Origin: Candidatus Zixiibacteriota bacterium
GTDB lineage: Bacteria > RBG-13-66-14 > B26-G2 > WVWN01
Length of the DNA stretch: 64,000 bases
Direction: 5' to 3'
Assembly: GCA_011773985.1 (NCBI GenBank)
Contig: WVWN01000078.1
Location: 39,151-103,150, forward strand
In this document: in pieces, positions 26,305-35,709 of the stretch
Numbering within the stretch: position 1 is the stretch's first letter
Layout: each line of letters opens with the position of its first letter
Made by a program: the position numbers and the translations under genes
Notes under the pieces: generated by a model
Databases searched by the model: none
Told to the model about the DNA's origin: nothing
Seen by the model: only the letters and a program-made list of their open reading frames with translations

Positions 26305-28254
26305 TTATCGTTCTTTCGCCTTGGGCAGGAATTTCTCGGTGACGATTTCGGCGAGTTCGGCGCCGGGGACGAGCCCCCGCAACTCGGCCATGAGCTCGCC
26401 CATGGCGTAGCGTTTCATCGCCGCGGGGCCGTTGGGGAACCGGCGCACCTTGATCTTACGTTCCACTTTCTTCGCTATTTCGGGAAGCCGTGCTGTTACC
26501 TTGCCGCGGTGCGTCAGGTCGTTGAGGATGCTGCGCAGCGGCGCGCCGTGGGACAGATACGCCTCGAGCGCCGCGGTTAAGGCCTCCCGCGAAATCTTTC
26601 CCCGGCCGTAAAGGCTGAACGTCCTTTCGACGTCGCTTGGGGCGAGGTCGTCTACCGCCCAGCCGCGGCGGCGCCATCCTTTCATCTTGTGCGTTAACGT
26701 CGTCGCTGCGAACTTCGGCTCGACGCCGTGTTCTTCGACGACTTTTTCGAACGTTTCGGCCCAGCGGGACGCGGCGAGGGGCGCGACGCAATCCTCCGGG
26801 ACACCCCACTCGCGGTAGCGGCCTTCGCGGGTCCATATAGGCTCGGGGAGTTCGCTCGCCAACGCCGCGACCCGCTCTTCGGGAATTTTAATCGGCGGCC
26901 GGTCCGTATCGGGGTACATGCGGTCCGGCCCGGGCAGGATTCGTTCGAAGCCCGTCGTGCCGTCGGCTAGGGCCTGGCGCGTCTCCGACGGTACTCCTAT
27001 CGTCGCCTCGTGGGCGCGGAGGACGATCTCGTCGGCGCCCAGGCGCGCGTCCTCGGCCGGGCCCCAAACCAGGACGACGACGTCGCGGTCCCGCGCCTTG
27101 AGTTTACGGCGGAGGCGGCGCCACGTCTCGTCGCCGAGTTGGCGCGAGGAGGTTTCGTCGTCGAAGACGTTTGGCAGGCGATCGAGGCACGCGACTACGC
27201 GTACGCGATCCGAAATTTCGTCGACGAAGCTTTTGGTCTCCTGGGTACGCGCGCCGAGGATGCCGCGAAAACCGCGGAGCGCCACCGCGTACGCGTGGCC
27301 GCCTTCTTTCGCGGCCGCGGCGGGCAGATTTTGCCTGTCGCCCGTTGCCGCCGCGGATACGTCTACCACGACGGCGCGAAACGAGCTCTCCGTTATCCCC
27401 CGGCGTTTGAGTTCCGCGTGAATGTCGAGGAGCGCTCGTTGGCGCATGGCCTCGTTGTGGACGAGGCGGGGTATGGCTTTTAAGCGGGGGACGCCCTTGA
27501 TCTCCGCGCGGGTACCGCCCGCGACGGATACGTTTACGTCCTCGCGCGCGGCGCCGATGCCGGTGCGGACGAGGCCGGTGGAACGGGTGAGCCGCCGTAA
27601 GAGCTGCCCGACCTCGGCGATTTCGGCCGGCGTCTCCATATCCGGGTGCGTTACCGTCTCGACGAGCGGCATCCCCAGGCGGTCGGTAAGATATATCCGG
27701 TAGTGCCCTTCGTCGCCCACCTCGCGGCAGGAATCCTCCTCGACGGCGAGCTGTTTTATGCCGATGCGCCTTCCCCGGAAGGGGACATAACCCTCGACGC
27801 CGACGATCGCGGTCCGTTGGAACCCGGTGGGGATGGACCCGTCCAAGTATTGTTTGCGGATGATGTGCATCTCGGAGACGATGTTGCAATTCAACAACAG
27901 CGCGATTTTCAAGCCAATGTCGATCGATTCCTCGTCCATATCGAAGGGCGGCGTATCGTCCATCTCGTACGTGCAGCACGTCTCCTGCTTGGTCCGGTAG
28001 ATGATGTTTTTACGGGTCTTAAACTCCATGAGGGCGGTGCCGTCGTACTCGCCCATTTCGGACAAAGTGGGCCGCATGTGGCGAAGTATTTCGGCGTCGT
28101 AATCGTAGGAATAAATGCCCGCCGGGCAACGGCAGAAGAGCTTCGAAGTGGTCAGGAGTTGTTGGTGGATTTCGAGGCCGCCGCGGAAACCCATCGCGCG
28201 GTAATCGTCGTCCGTAAGGGAACCGAAGGGTCGTACGTTGGTTATGGTGGGCAT
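26305..28254 (-). CDS. gatE: Glu-tRNA(Gln) amidotransferase subunit E (archaeal type)
   Basis: DYRAMGFRGGLEIHQQL..KLFCRCP, DGSIPTGFQRTA, EEDSCR, DRLGMPLVE, GIGAAREDVNVS, central insertion domain, PGPDRMYPDTD. Confidence 0.9.
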   Translation of the reverse strand: MPTITNVRPFGSLTDDDYRAMGFRGGLEIHQQLLTTSKLFCRCPAGIYSYDYDAEILRHMRPTLSEMGEYDGTALMEFKTRKNIIYRTKQETCCTYEMDDTPPFDMDEESIDIGLKIALLLNCNIVSEMHIIRKQYLDGSIPTGFQRTAIVGVEGYVPFRGRRIGIKQLAVEEDSCREVGDEGHYRIYLTDRLGMPLVETVTHPDMETPAEIAEVGQLLRRLTRSTGLVRTGIGAAREDVNVSVAGGTRAEIKGVPRLKAIPRLVHNEAMRQRALLDIHAELKRRGITESSFRAVVVDVSAAATGDRQNLPAAAAKEGGHAYAVALRGFRGILGARTQETKSFVDEISDRVRVVACLDRLPNVFDDETSSRQLGDETWRRLRRKLKARDRDVVVLVWGPAEDARLGADEIVLRAHEATIGVPSETRQALADGTTGFERILPGPDRMYPDTDRPPIKIPEERVAALASELPEPIWTREGRYREWGVPEDCVAPLAASRWAETFEKVVEEHGVEPKFAATTLTHKMKGWRRRGWAVDDLAPSDVERTFSLYGRGKISREALTAALEAYLSHGAPLRSILNDLTHRGKVTARLPEIAKKVERKIKVRRFPNGPAAMKRYAMGELMAELRGLVPGAELAEIVTEKFLPKAKER

Positions 28255-28405
28255 GGTTTTTATAGGCTGGGGGACCCAAAATGCCCTATTAGAAATTTAT
28301 ATCATAACGGCCCCACGCGATAAAGGTTTTTCCGTTAGTAGGCGGTTTCAAAAATCCGGCCGCCGAGGGCCGGGCGAGAGTACGGACGTCCGGTTTGTGT
28401 CGCAT

Positions 28406-28999
28406 TTAGGGACGGCCGCGTTGGCGAAAATCTTGGAAGTAATATTCCCGCGAAGGCGTTAATTCTTCTGGCTTAAGGCGATACTTTTTGGGGGCGTTCA
28501 AGATTCGGCGGTGGACTTCGGCTATGAGGTCGTTGCGTATTTCTTTTTGTTCGGTGAGCACGTCGACGATGGGCGCTTTCGACTCGGCCTTTCCCTCCAA
28601 TACGTCGACGATGTGGGCATCCGCGGCGAGGGAGCTTACGGTGGCGTCGATAATTTCGAGCCGGAGTTGCTCGCCCCACTTCGTATCGGGAACGTAGGCT
28701 GTACAGAAGTCGACCGTGGCTTTGGCCGCGGGTACGGTTTGCCGGTTGATGGCGTTTTCCAACCCCGCGGGGTCGGCGGCAAAGCCCCCCGCTTCGACCA
28801 GCTCGTCCAGATCTTGGCGCGCTTTTACGAATTCTTCGAAGAGAGTTGCGCACTCCGCGAGCCACACCGCGGTGGGCACGGTCCCGTCCTTTTTAGGTTT
28901 TATGACGCCCTTGGGCAGGGGGCCGCTTTCGCCCAGGGCGAGGCCGCTTAGGGCGGCGAGGATCGAAACCGTTGCTAAACCGTGAACTAACCTACTCAT
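28406..28999 (-). CDS. Secreted hypothetical helical protein
   Basis: Signal peptide MSRLVHGLATVSILAALSGLALG; no recognised domain. Confidence 0.6.
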   Translation of the reverse strand: MSRLVHGLATVSILAALSGLALGESGPLPKGVIKPKKDGTVPTAVWLAECATLFEEFVKARQDLDELVEAGGFAADPAGLENAINRQTVPAAKATVDFCTAYVPDTKWGEQLRLEIIDATVSSLAADAHIVDVLEGKAESKAPIVDVLTEQKEIRNDLIAEVHRRILNAPKKYRLKPEELTPSREYYFQDFRQRGRP

Positions 29000-29007
29000 C
29001 GCCGAGA

Positions 29008-30234
29008 CTACCCTCCCGACGGGCCGCCTTGTCGCGCCGCTTCCTCCGCGGCTTTGTTGAGAATCGCTTTTGCGGTCGGGTTACCCGGGTCGAGCATCAG
29101 TATGTCCGCGCAGTGTTTGGTGGCGGCTTTGAAATCGCCGGCTTCGAGCAGGTACCGCGCGAGGTGCAGGCGCGCCGGTATATTTTGGCGGTCGATCTTA
29201 CTTAAGGTGGTATTGAAAATCTTCCTCGCGAAGATCTCGTCGGACTCCAGCCCGCGGGCGGTGTAAGCGAGCGCGACCATGTTGTTGACCGACGAAAGGT
29301 AGTCGCGCAGGTAGTTTTGTTCCGGTTTACTGAATTGCAGGGCGAAGTTCATGATGGCGGACCCCAAACGGATTATCCGATCCGCGGCGTCGCGCGATTC
29401 GTCCTTACCCGTTACGTCCATCAACCAGAACCTCATGACCAGCAAGTATAGCCAAAAAAGGTCGCGCCGTAGGTGCGCGGTTTGGACGAGTTCCAGCACG
29501 CGGTCGATGGTTCGTTTTTTAAGCGCTTCCGGGAGGAAGACGAAGACTTCGTGGTCGAGGAACGACACAACTTCGAAAATAGCTATGGTTATTGCCGAGT
29601 CCTTCAGCTTTTGTTGCCTATCGGAGGAGAACTTGATCGCGAAGTTCTTGTGCTGCTCGAGTATCGAACGCACGTTCCCGCTTAAGAACAACTTGTAGAT
29701 CTGTCCCGCCCGCGAGAAACCCTCGACTTTTTTGCCGATATTTATGGCGAAACCGTCGATACGGGGGATGGTGTCGCGGCTGCGTAAGCGCCAGTCTTTG
29801 GTTTCGCGAATTACTTTGCCCGTGTGTATACCTATGCCGACATCGAAGACCAGGCCCTTGTCCTCGAACGCGGCGTGGTTGAAGTCCGACGTGAGCCAGA
29901 CCAGTTTCATCTTTAGGGCGAGTTGCAACGCCGAGCGGACGTCGTAGTCCGTATTTTCGCAGTAGAAAAATACCCGGACTTCGTCGCCCTCGATATCCCA
30001 TTCGTAGTTTTCGCCCGTCCGGATGTCTACGCCGCGGCCGGACATGCTTTCGCGCGGGGTGTAGCGATATCGCAGGACGTGGTCTACGATGACGTCGAAC
30101 ATCAGCGACTGGTATTCGGTAAGCATCCGGTTATAGGTAGCGGCGTCCTGCACCCCCGAGATCCCGGTGGAGTTTATGATGTCCACGAAGAGGACCGTGG
30201 CCCGGATTTCGTCGCTTTTCGCTTCTTCCGCCAT
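29008..30234 (-). CDS. Class III nucleotidyl cyclase domain protein with C-terminal TPR-like repeat
   Basis: TVLFVDIINST, EGDEV, GIGIHTGKV, DGFAINIGKKVE; C-terminal ARLHLARYLLEAGDFKAA...LDPGN. Confidence 0.75.
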   Translation of the reverse strand: MAEEAKSDEIRATVLFVDIINSTGISGVQDAATYNRMLTEYQSLMFDVIVDHVLRYRYTPRESMSGRGVDIRTGENYEWDIEGDEVRVFFYCENTDYDVRSALQLALKMKLVWLTSDFNHAAFEDKGLVFDVGIGIHTGKVIRETKDWRLRSRDTIPRIDGFAINIGKKVEGFSRAGQIYKLFLSGNVRSILEQHKNFAIKFSSDRQQKLKDSAITIAIFEVVSFLDHEVFVFLPEALKKRTIDRVLELVQTAHLRRDLFWLYLLVMRFWLMDVTGKDESRDAADRIIRLGSAIMNFALQFSKPEQNYLRDYLSSVNNMVALAYTARGLESDEIFARKIFNTTLSKIDRQNIPARLHLARYLLEAGDFKAATKHCADILMLDPGNPTAKAILNKAAEEAARQGGPSGG

Positions 30235-30240
30235 CCCTCT

Positions 30241-30879
30241 TTAAATTTGAAGGCTTTTACGTTTCTCGCGGATGAAGTCTTCCAAGTAGGACACACGCTC
30301 CGCGAGGCTGGCGTCTATGACTTCGCGGAAGTGTTGCTCGTCGGAGACGAACGCGTCGAACTCCTCTTTTAGGTGCCGCAGTAACTTTTCGATCTCTTCG
30401 CGGCTGTTCTCCAAGACCTTCACTCGCTCGTGAAGCACGGCCGCCTTTTTATCGAATACCTGTTTAGACTCGTTCAGTGTAGCCGCCATCGTCTCGAGTT
30501 GCGCGTTGAATTTGGATATAACGCTGTTAACGTTTTCTCGCAACGCCTCGTTTTCGCGGGAGCTCTTTTTGTTGGCCGCGGTTACCTGCTCGCGCATGGT
30601 GCGGGTTAAACGTTCTATGTCCGCGAACGATTTATCCAAGGCCCCGCGGTGTTTTACCGCCTGTTCCTCCTGGGCGGCCAGCCGCCGCTCCACCGTTGCC
30701 ACGATGCCGCCTAGCTTGACGCGGACCGTCAAGTATAAAAACGCCGTGGCACCCGCGGCGAACGCGGCCACTATTAGCACCGGGTAAGGTTCGACGAGGT
30801 AAAACGCCGCTAGCGCTACGACGGCCGCCAAGAGGAGGACCACGACGAAGAGCGCGTCAAAAATACGAAAAGCCATCAC
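30241..30879 (-). CDS. Two-TM membrane protein with long coiled coil
   Basis: Two N-terminal hydrophobic helices followed by heptad-rich sequence; 6 nt from the cyclase gene. Confidence 0.7.
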   Translation of the reverse strand: MMAFRIFDALFVVVLLLAAVVALAAFYLVEPYPVLIVAAFAAGATAFLYLTVRVKLGGIVATVERRLAAQEEQAVKHRGALDKSFADIERLTRTMREQVTAANKKSSRENEALRENVNSVISKFNAQLETMAATLNESKQVFDKKAAVLHERVKVLENSREEIEKLLRHLKEEFDAFVSDEQHFREVIDASLAERVSYLEDFIREKRKSLQI

Positions 30880-31049
30880 TTCCGTCCCGCGTTAAATTCG
30901 CGTAGCATTATTTTCCTTCTCATTAAATTTTATCACAACCCGATTATTTGGTCAACAAGGCTTTATTTGGCTATCTTAAATTCATAGCCTCGACACGGCG
31001 TATCTCGTCAATTCCCCGCTTGGGGCGGGTTTCGGTTGATATAGCCGGT

Positions 31050-31790
31050 TTAACGGCGTTCGCGGTTCCGCCACTCCTCCCACCAGAACCGGCTCATCTC
31101 GGCCAATATTTTTAGGATGATGCCCGGCTTGGCGAGCGTCGAGCGGCCCGCGCGCCGGGGGAAGTAGCGGACCGCCATCTCCACTACCCGCATCCCGGCC
31201 AGCTTCGCCCGCGCCAAGAGCTCGGCGTCGATGAAGGACCCCTCGGACGTTAGGTTGAACTTCCGGATAGCCTTTTTCGTGAATAACTTATAGGAAAAGT
31301 TTACGTCGCGGACGGCGAGGCCGAACACGGCGTTTACGAGTCGATTGTACACAACGGAGTAGATCGTGCGCCACCAACTTTCGCCCCGGTCCGTCCGGTA
31401 GCCGGTTACGCCGTCGGCGCCGTCGCGCACCATTAATTCCACGCCGCGGGGGATGTCGCGGAAGTCGATGGGCAGGTCCGCGTCGGTGTAGAAGACTAGC
31501 TCTTTGGTCGCGGCGTCGAAACCGGTACGGAGGGTTATCCCGAGTTTGTAATTGCGGTCGTGGTGGATCACGCTCACCTCAGCGTATTTCACCGCCAATT
31601 CATCGGCAAGCTCGGGGGTTCGGTCGCTCGAGCCGTCGTCCACGATGACGATCTCGAAATCGTCGAAGTGCCTACGCAATACTTCCCGCGCGCGTTCCAC
31701 CGACGTCGCGATGTTCGCTTCTTCGTTGAACGTGGGAAATATTAAGCTGAGGGTTGGCTTGTAGTTTTCGAGCCGGTTTGGCGTTATCAT
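31050..31790 (-). CDS. Glycosyltransferase family 2 (DPM1-like)
   Basis: IFPTFNEE, VDDGSSDRT, YTDADL, FIDAELL. Confidence 0.9.
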   Translation of the reverse strand: MITPNRLENYKPTLSLIFPTFNEEANIATSVERAREVLRRHFDDFEIVIVDDGSSDRTPELADELAVKYAEVSVIHHDRNYKLGITLRTGFDAATKELVFYTDADLPIDFRDIPRGVELMVRDGADGVTGYRTDRGESWWRTIYSVVYNRLVNAVFGLAVRDVNFSYKLFTKKAIRKFNLTSEGSFIDAELLARAKLAGMRVVEMAVRYFPRRAGRSTLAKPGIILKILAEMSRFWWEEWRNRERR

Positions 31791-31834
31791 TTTGAAGTAG
31801 ATTCGGCGCGAGTTCGGCCGAGCGGCCCCCGGCC

Positions 31835-32932
31835 TTACGTCATACTTCGGGCCAGGTGGTGTATTTGCGGTAAGAGTTCGGCCGCGGCGCGAATTGGTAC
31901 GGGTTCGATGATGACCCGTCCTATGCCGCGCGGCAAGGCCACGTAGATTTCGGCGCCGGGCGCCTTTTTGTCCGCGACCAGCGCCTCGAGGGTTTTGGTC
32001 AAATTCATGGCGGGAAGAAACGTGGGGAGGTTGAACCGCCTGAGGAGGGCCGCCAAGCGTATCACCGTCTCGGTATCGATTTCCCCCCGCAGCTCGGCGA
32101 GGAGGGCGGTGTACACCATCCCGATAGCCAACGCCTCCCCCCTGTTGAGGGCGAAGCGGCTCGCGCTTTCGAAGGCGCGCCCGAAGGTATGCCCGAATTT
32201 TAGGAGGTATCTTTCGCCGCGGTCCCCTCCGTCCGCGCTTAGGACCGCGGCTTTATAAGACAGGCCGCGTTCGATGACGTCGTCGAGCGCGGGCGCCGCC
32301 CGGAGTAGGCCCGCCGCGTTATTCTCCAGGAACGAGAAGAGCTCCTCGCCCTCGAGCACGGCGTACTTGACCGCTTCCGCAAGGCCGGCGGCGAGGTACT
32401 TGGCGGGTAAGGTTGTCAACAGCTCGCCGTCGACAATTACGGCGGCCGGTTGGTAGATGGTCCCGACCTGGTTTTTAACGCCGTCGAAATCCACTCCCAC
32501 TTCGCCGCCCAGGCAAGATTCGATTTGGGCGAGGAGCGTCGTTGGTACGACACCCCAGCGCACGCCGCGTTTGAAAGTGGCCGCGGCGAAGCCGGCGACC
32601 TCGCTCACGCTTCGGCCGCCAAAAGCGACTACGAGGTCCGAGCGGGTAAAGGCCGCGGCCGCGAATTCGCCGTAGAGGCCTGCGAGGTACTCGACGCGTT
32701 TCGCTTCGTCCCCCGGGGCTACCGTCGCCGATCTCACGTCGAAGTCGGCTTCGGCGAGAGCCGGTGCGAGTGCCTTGAGGTAGAGCGGTCGGATATGCTC
32801 GTCCGTCACGATCAAAGCCCGGCCCGCGTCGGGGGCCGCGCGGCGGAAGATTTTGCCAGCGCGCGCGAGGGCGCCGCGCTCGCCGTGAACGCGATACGTG
32901 CCGCCCCTATGTTTAACTTCTATTTCGAACAC
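31835..32932 (-). CDS. 3-dehydroquinate synthase homolog with degenerate catalytic motifs
   Basis: PTTLLAQ, KNQVG.IYQP, AEAVKY, FGHTFG, GEALAIGM framework; several key residues substituted. Confidence 0.8.
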   Translation of the reverse strand: MFEIEVKHRGGTYRVHGERGALARAGKIFRRAAPDAGRALIVTDEHIRPLYLKALAPALAEADFDVRSATVAPGDEAKRVEYLAGLYGEFAAAAFTRSDLVVAFGGRSVSEVAGFAAATFKRGVRWGVVPTTLLAQIESCLGGEVGVDFDGVKNQVGTIYQPAAVIVDGELLTTLPAKYLAAGLAEAVKYAVLEGEELFSFLENNAAGLLRAAPALDDVIERGLSYKAAVLSADGGDRGERYLLKFGHTFGRAFESASRFALNRGEALAIGMVYTALLAELRGEIDTETVIRLAALLRRFNLPTFLPAMNLTKTLEALVADKKAPGAEIYVALPRGIGRVIIEPVPIRAAAELLPQIHHLARSMT

Positions 32933-32989
32933 CGTCGACGCCTCTTAGGTTAAAAATACCACAACCGGCGGTTATACGGCAAGATATTC

Positions 32990-33018
32990 TTGACGTAACA
33001 AAAACGAAGGCTTATAAT
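32990..33018 (+). promoter_or_regulatory. sigma70 promoter, apparently leaderless, for nnr
   Basis: TTGACG-17 nt-TATAAT; GTG start 6 nt after the -10 box; no SD. Confidence 0.7.
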
Positions 33019-33024
33019 CGGGGC

Positions 33025-34623
33025 GTGAAAGTGCTAACGCCGGAGCAGATGAGAGAAGTAGACCGCCGCGCCATCCGGGAGTTGGGCGTACCGTCGTCGG
33101 TCTTGATGGACCGGGCGGGGGCCGCGGTGGCCAAAGTCGCCGCAGAGCTAACGGAAGGCGAACTGGTTGTGGTCGCGGCCGGTACCGGGAACAACGGCGG
33201 CGACGGCTTCGTAGCCGCGAGGTATTTGAGGGATGGCGGCCTCGACGTCGCCGTGCACTTGCTCGCGCCGCCGGAGCGACTAAAGGGAGACGCCCTTTTA
33301 AATTACGAGCTGTTCGTGAAGTGCGGCGGCCGGGTAGAGGGGTACGGACGCCGGAGGTTCGTCCGGGATGTTGCGCAAGCGGGCGCCGTCCTCGACGCCA
33401 TGTTGGGGACCGGCGGCCGCGGCGGCCTCTCGGGCGCTTTCCGGGAGGCGGCGGAAATACTGGGCGGCGCCGGCTCGCCGGTTGTCGCGGTGGACGTACC
33501 CTCGGGCGTTGACGCCGCGACGGGCGCCGTCCCGGACGTGGCCGTGGCCGCGGACGCCACGGTAACGTTCGGTTTGCCCAAATTGGGAATCCTGCATTAC
33601 CCGGCGCGCGCGTACGCCGGCGAAATACACGTCGCTGATATCGGGTTTCCGAGGTGCGCCCTCGAAGAGTTATCGTTCGAGCCCTCGGGCGAGAAGCCGG
33701 GCTACGTGGCGCGGGTGCCCGCCGTAGGCGAGGTGGCGGCGCTGCTGCCGCCCCGCCCCCGAAATTTGCACAAGGGCGCCGCGGGCCGGGTTTACATCCT
33801 CGCCGGCTCGCGCGGCATGGGCGGCGCCGCGGTTCTCGCGGGCCAGGCGTGTATGCGCTCGGGAGCGGGGCTGGTGGAAGTGGGCCTGCCGGCCGAGCTC
33901 GACGTTATATTCAGCGCCGCGGCGTTGGAATCCTTATCGCATCCCCTGCCGCAAACGGACGACGGCGCGCTCGCGGCCGACGGCGCGGCGGCGGTCGTCG
34001 GGAAATTCGCCGCGGCGGACGCCGTCGCAATAGGCCCGGGGCTCGGCCGTGCGGCCGCTACCGGGGCCTTGCTCGCGGAAGTGGCGGAACGCGTAAAATT
34101 GCCCGTCGTCGTGGACGCGGACGGTTTATATCTCTTCGGCCTGAAGGGCTTTACGCGGCGGCGGCTGAAGGGCGTACTGACGCCTCACCCCGGCGAGATG
34201 GCCACGCTGTTCGGCGTAAGCGTCGACGACGTGCAACGGGACCGGCTCCGGTGGGCGCGGGAACTGGCCGAGCGGGCCGGGATGGCGGTCGTCTTGAAAG
34301 GTTACCTGAGCGTAGTCGCGGCGCCGGGCGAGGAGACGTGGTTGAATCCCACGGGCAACCCGGGCCTGGCCAGCGGCGGCACGGGCGACGTCCTGACGGG
34401 CGCCGTCGCCGCGCTGCTCGCGGGCGGTTGTTCGCCGGCGGCCGCGGCGCGGGCGGGCGCGTACGTTCACGGCTTAGCCGCGGACGTCGCCGCGGAGGCG
34501 TCGGGCGAGCGGTCGCTCGTGGCGAGCGACGTCCTCGAGGCGCTGCCGGCGGCGTTTAAATTAATAGAAGAGGGCGCGGACGAAGGCGACCCGGGCCTGG
34601 ACAATTTATTCGCGTCGTATTAG
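33025..34623 (+). CDS. nnr: Bifunctional NAD(P)H-hydrate epimerase/dehydratase
   Basis: GTGNNGGDG, DAMLGTG, VDVPSG, HKG, GPGLG, VDADG, LTPHPGE, ASGGTGDVL. Confidence 0.93.
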   Translation: MKVLTPEQMREVDRRAIRELGVPSSVLMDRAGAAVAKVAAELTEGELVVVAAGTGNNGGDGFVAARYLRDGGLDVAVHLLAPPERLKGDALLNYELFVKCGGRVEGYGRRRFVRDVAQAGAVLDAMLGTGGRGGLSGAFREAAEILGGAGSPVVAVDVPSGVDAATGAVPDVAVAADATVTFGLPKLGILHYPARAYAGEIHVADIGFPRCALEELSFEPSGEKPGYVARVPAVGEVAALLPPRPRNLHKGAAGRVYILAGSRGMGGAAVLAGQACMRSGAGLVEVGLPAELDVIFSAAALESLSHPLPQTDDGALAADGAAAVVGKFAAADAVAIGPGLGRAAATGALLAEVAERVKLPVVVDADGLYLFGLKGFTRRRLKGVLTPHPGEMATLFGVSVDDVQRDRLRWARELAERAGMAVVLKGYLSVVAAPGEETWLNPTGNPGLASGGTGDVLTGAVAALLAGGCSPAAAARAGAYVHGLAADVAAEASGERSLVASDVLEALPAAFKLIEEGADEGDPGLDNLFASY

Positions 34624-34674
34624 CGGACGGCCCTCCCGGCGCCGTTGACGTTGCAAAACGTAGGAGGAAACGTA

Positions 34675-35181
34675 ATGACGAGAGTTATTTTTCTAATTTT
34701 ACTTTGCGCGGCGGTCGCGTCGGCGGCTTGGGCCGGGCGCTTGGGTATAGGTCTCGGCGTGGCGTTGTACAAGCCGCCGGAGGAAGGTTCGTCGTACACG
34801 CCGTTGTTCTCGGCGCACGGTTATTACTGGGTGAACAAACACGTCGTGCCCTCGCTCGAGGTCGGCTACTCGCGTTATAAGATTAGCGGTACGACCTACA
34901 ATTACGTGCCGGTTATCCCGCGCGTCACGTACCACTTCGTGCTGTCGAAAATTTTCGACCCCTACGCGGGCTTAGGCGTTGTGTACGCCCGGAAATGGTG
35001 GGACGGCGTACTTAGCGGGGAATCCGATACGTGGGGCTTCGCGGCCTCGACCGGCTTCAACCTGGCGGCATCCGAGAAATTCGGCATAGGCCTTGGCGTC
35101 GAATATGTCGTACCCGACATCGGCGATTTCAAATCGGCCTATCCCGCGTTCAAGTTCGGCCTGGGCGCGGGCGGTTTCTGA
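34675..35181 (+). CDS. Small outer-membrane beta-barrel protein (OmpW/OmpA-like)
   Basis: RBS AGGAGG, signal peptide, amphipathic strands, DPYAGLG, terminal Phe. Confidence 0.7.
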   Translation: MTRVIFLILLCAAVASAAWAGRLGIGLGVALYKPPEEGSSYTPLFSAHGYYWVNKHVVPSLEVGYSRYKISGTTYNYVPVIPRVTYHFVLSKIFDPYAGLGVVYARKWWDGVLSGESDTWGFAASTGFNLAASEKFGIGLGVEYVVPDIGDFKSAYPAFKFGLGAGGF

Positions 35182-35187
35182 CGGCGC

Positions 35188-35490
35188 GTGGCTTTCATAC
35201 GCTTTAAAGGGCCGTACGCGTATCTGGTCGAGAACGAACGCTGCAAGGCCGGCGATAAAAGTTACGTGCGGCAGCGCGTCCTCTATTACTTGGGTCGCGA
35301 GCCGACGATCGACGATGGCGTCATCGCGGAAGTCGAGCGGCGTTTTCCGGAAATAGCGATAGATTGGCAGGCGCTCAGGGAAGAAGTCCCGGCGGCGCGT
35401 CCCGGCGGGAGAACGTTGCGCAGGCGGCTGAAGGACCGCGAGAAACGTAAGCGCGAAAAGCGCGAGGACGATTGGCTCGATTGGGACTGA
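35188..35490 (+). CDS. Hypothetical protein resembling the N-terminal segment of IS1634-type transposases
   Basis: MAFIRFKGPYAYLVENER...VRQRVLYYLGR; no DDE domain. Confidence 0.5.
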   Translation: MAFIRFKGPYAYLVENERCKAGDKSYVRQRVLYYLGREPTIDDGVIAEVERRFPEIAIDWQALREEVPAARPGGRTLRRRLKDREKRKREKREDDWLDWD

Positions 35491-35709
35491 ACGGCAAGGG
35501 CGCGGCGTCAAGGAGGGGGAGCGTGCCGTGGTAAATAGTCGAGGTTCTCGGTTGTGACGCCGGCCTCGCGGCCGGCATTCTCACGCGGGGGCGTGTCGGG
35601 AAGCGGCGGGCGGGCGAATTATATACGACGTTTATGCTTATGTACGGCTATGTTATAATTAACCCGGCGGCGTTAAGCCGTAACGATTGCATATTAAGGC
35701 AGGGGTGAT

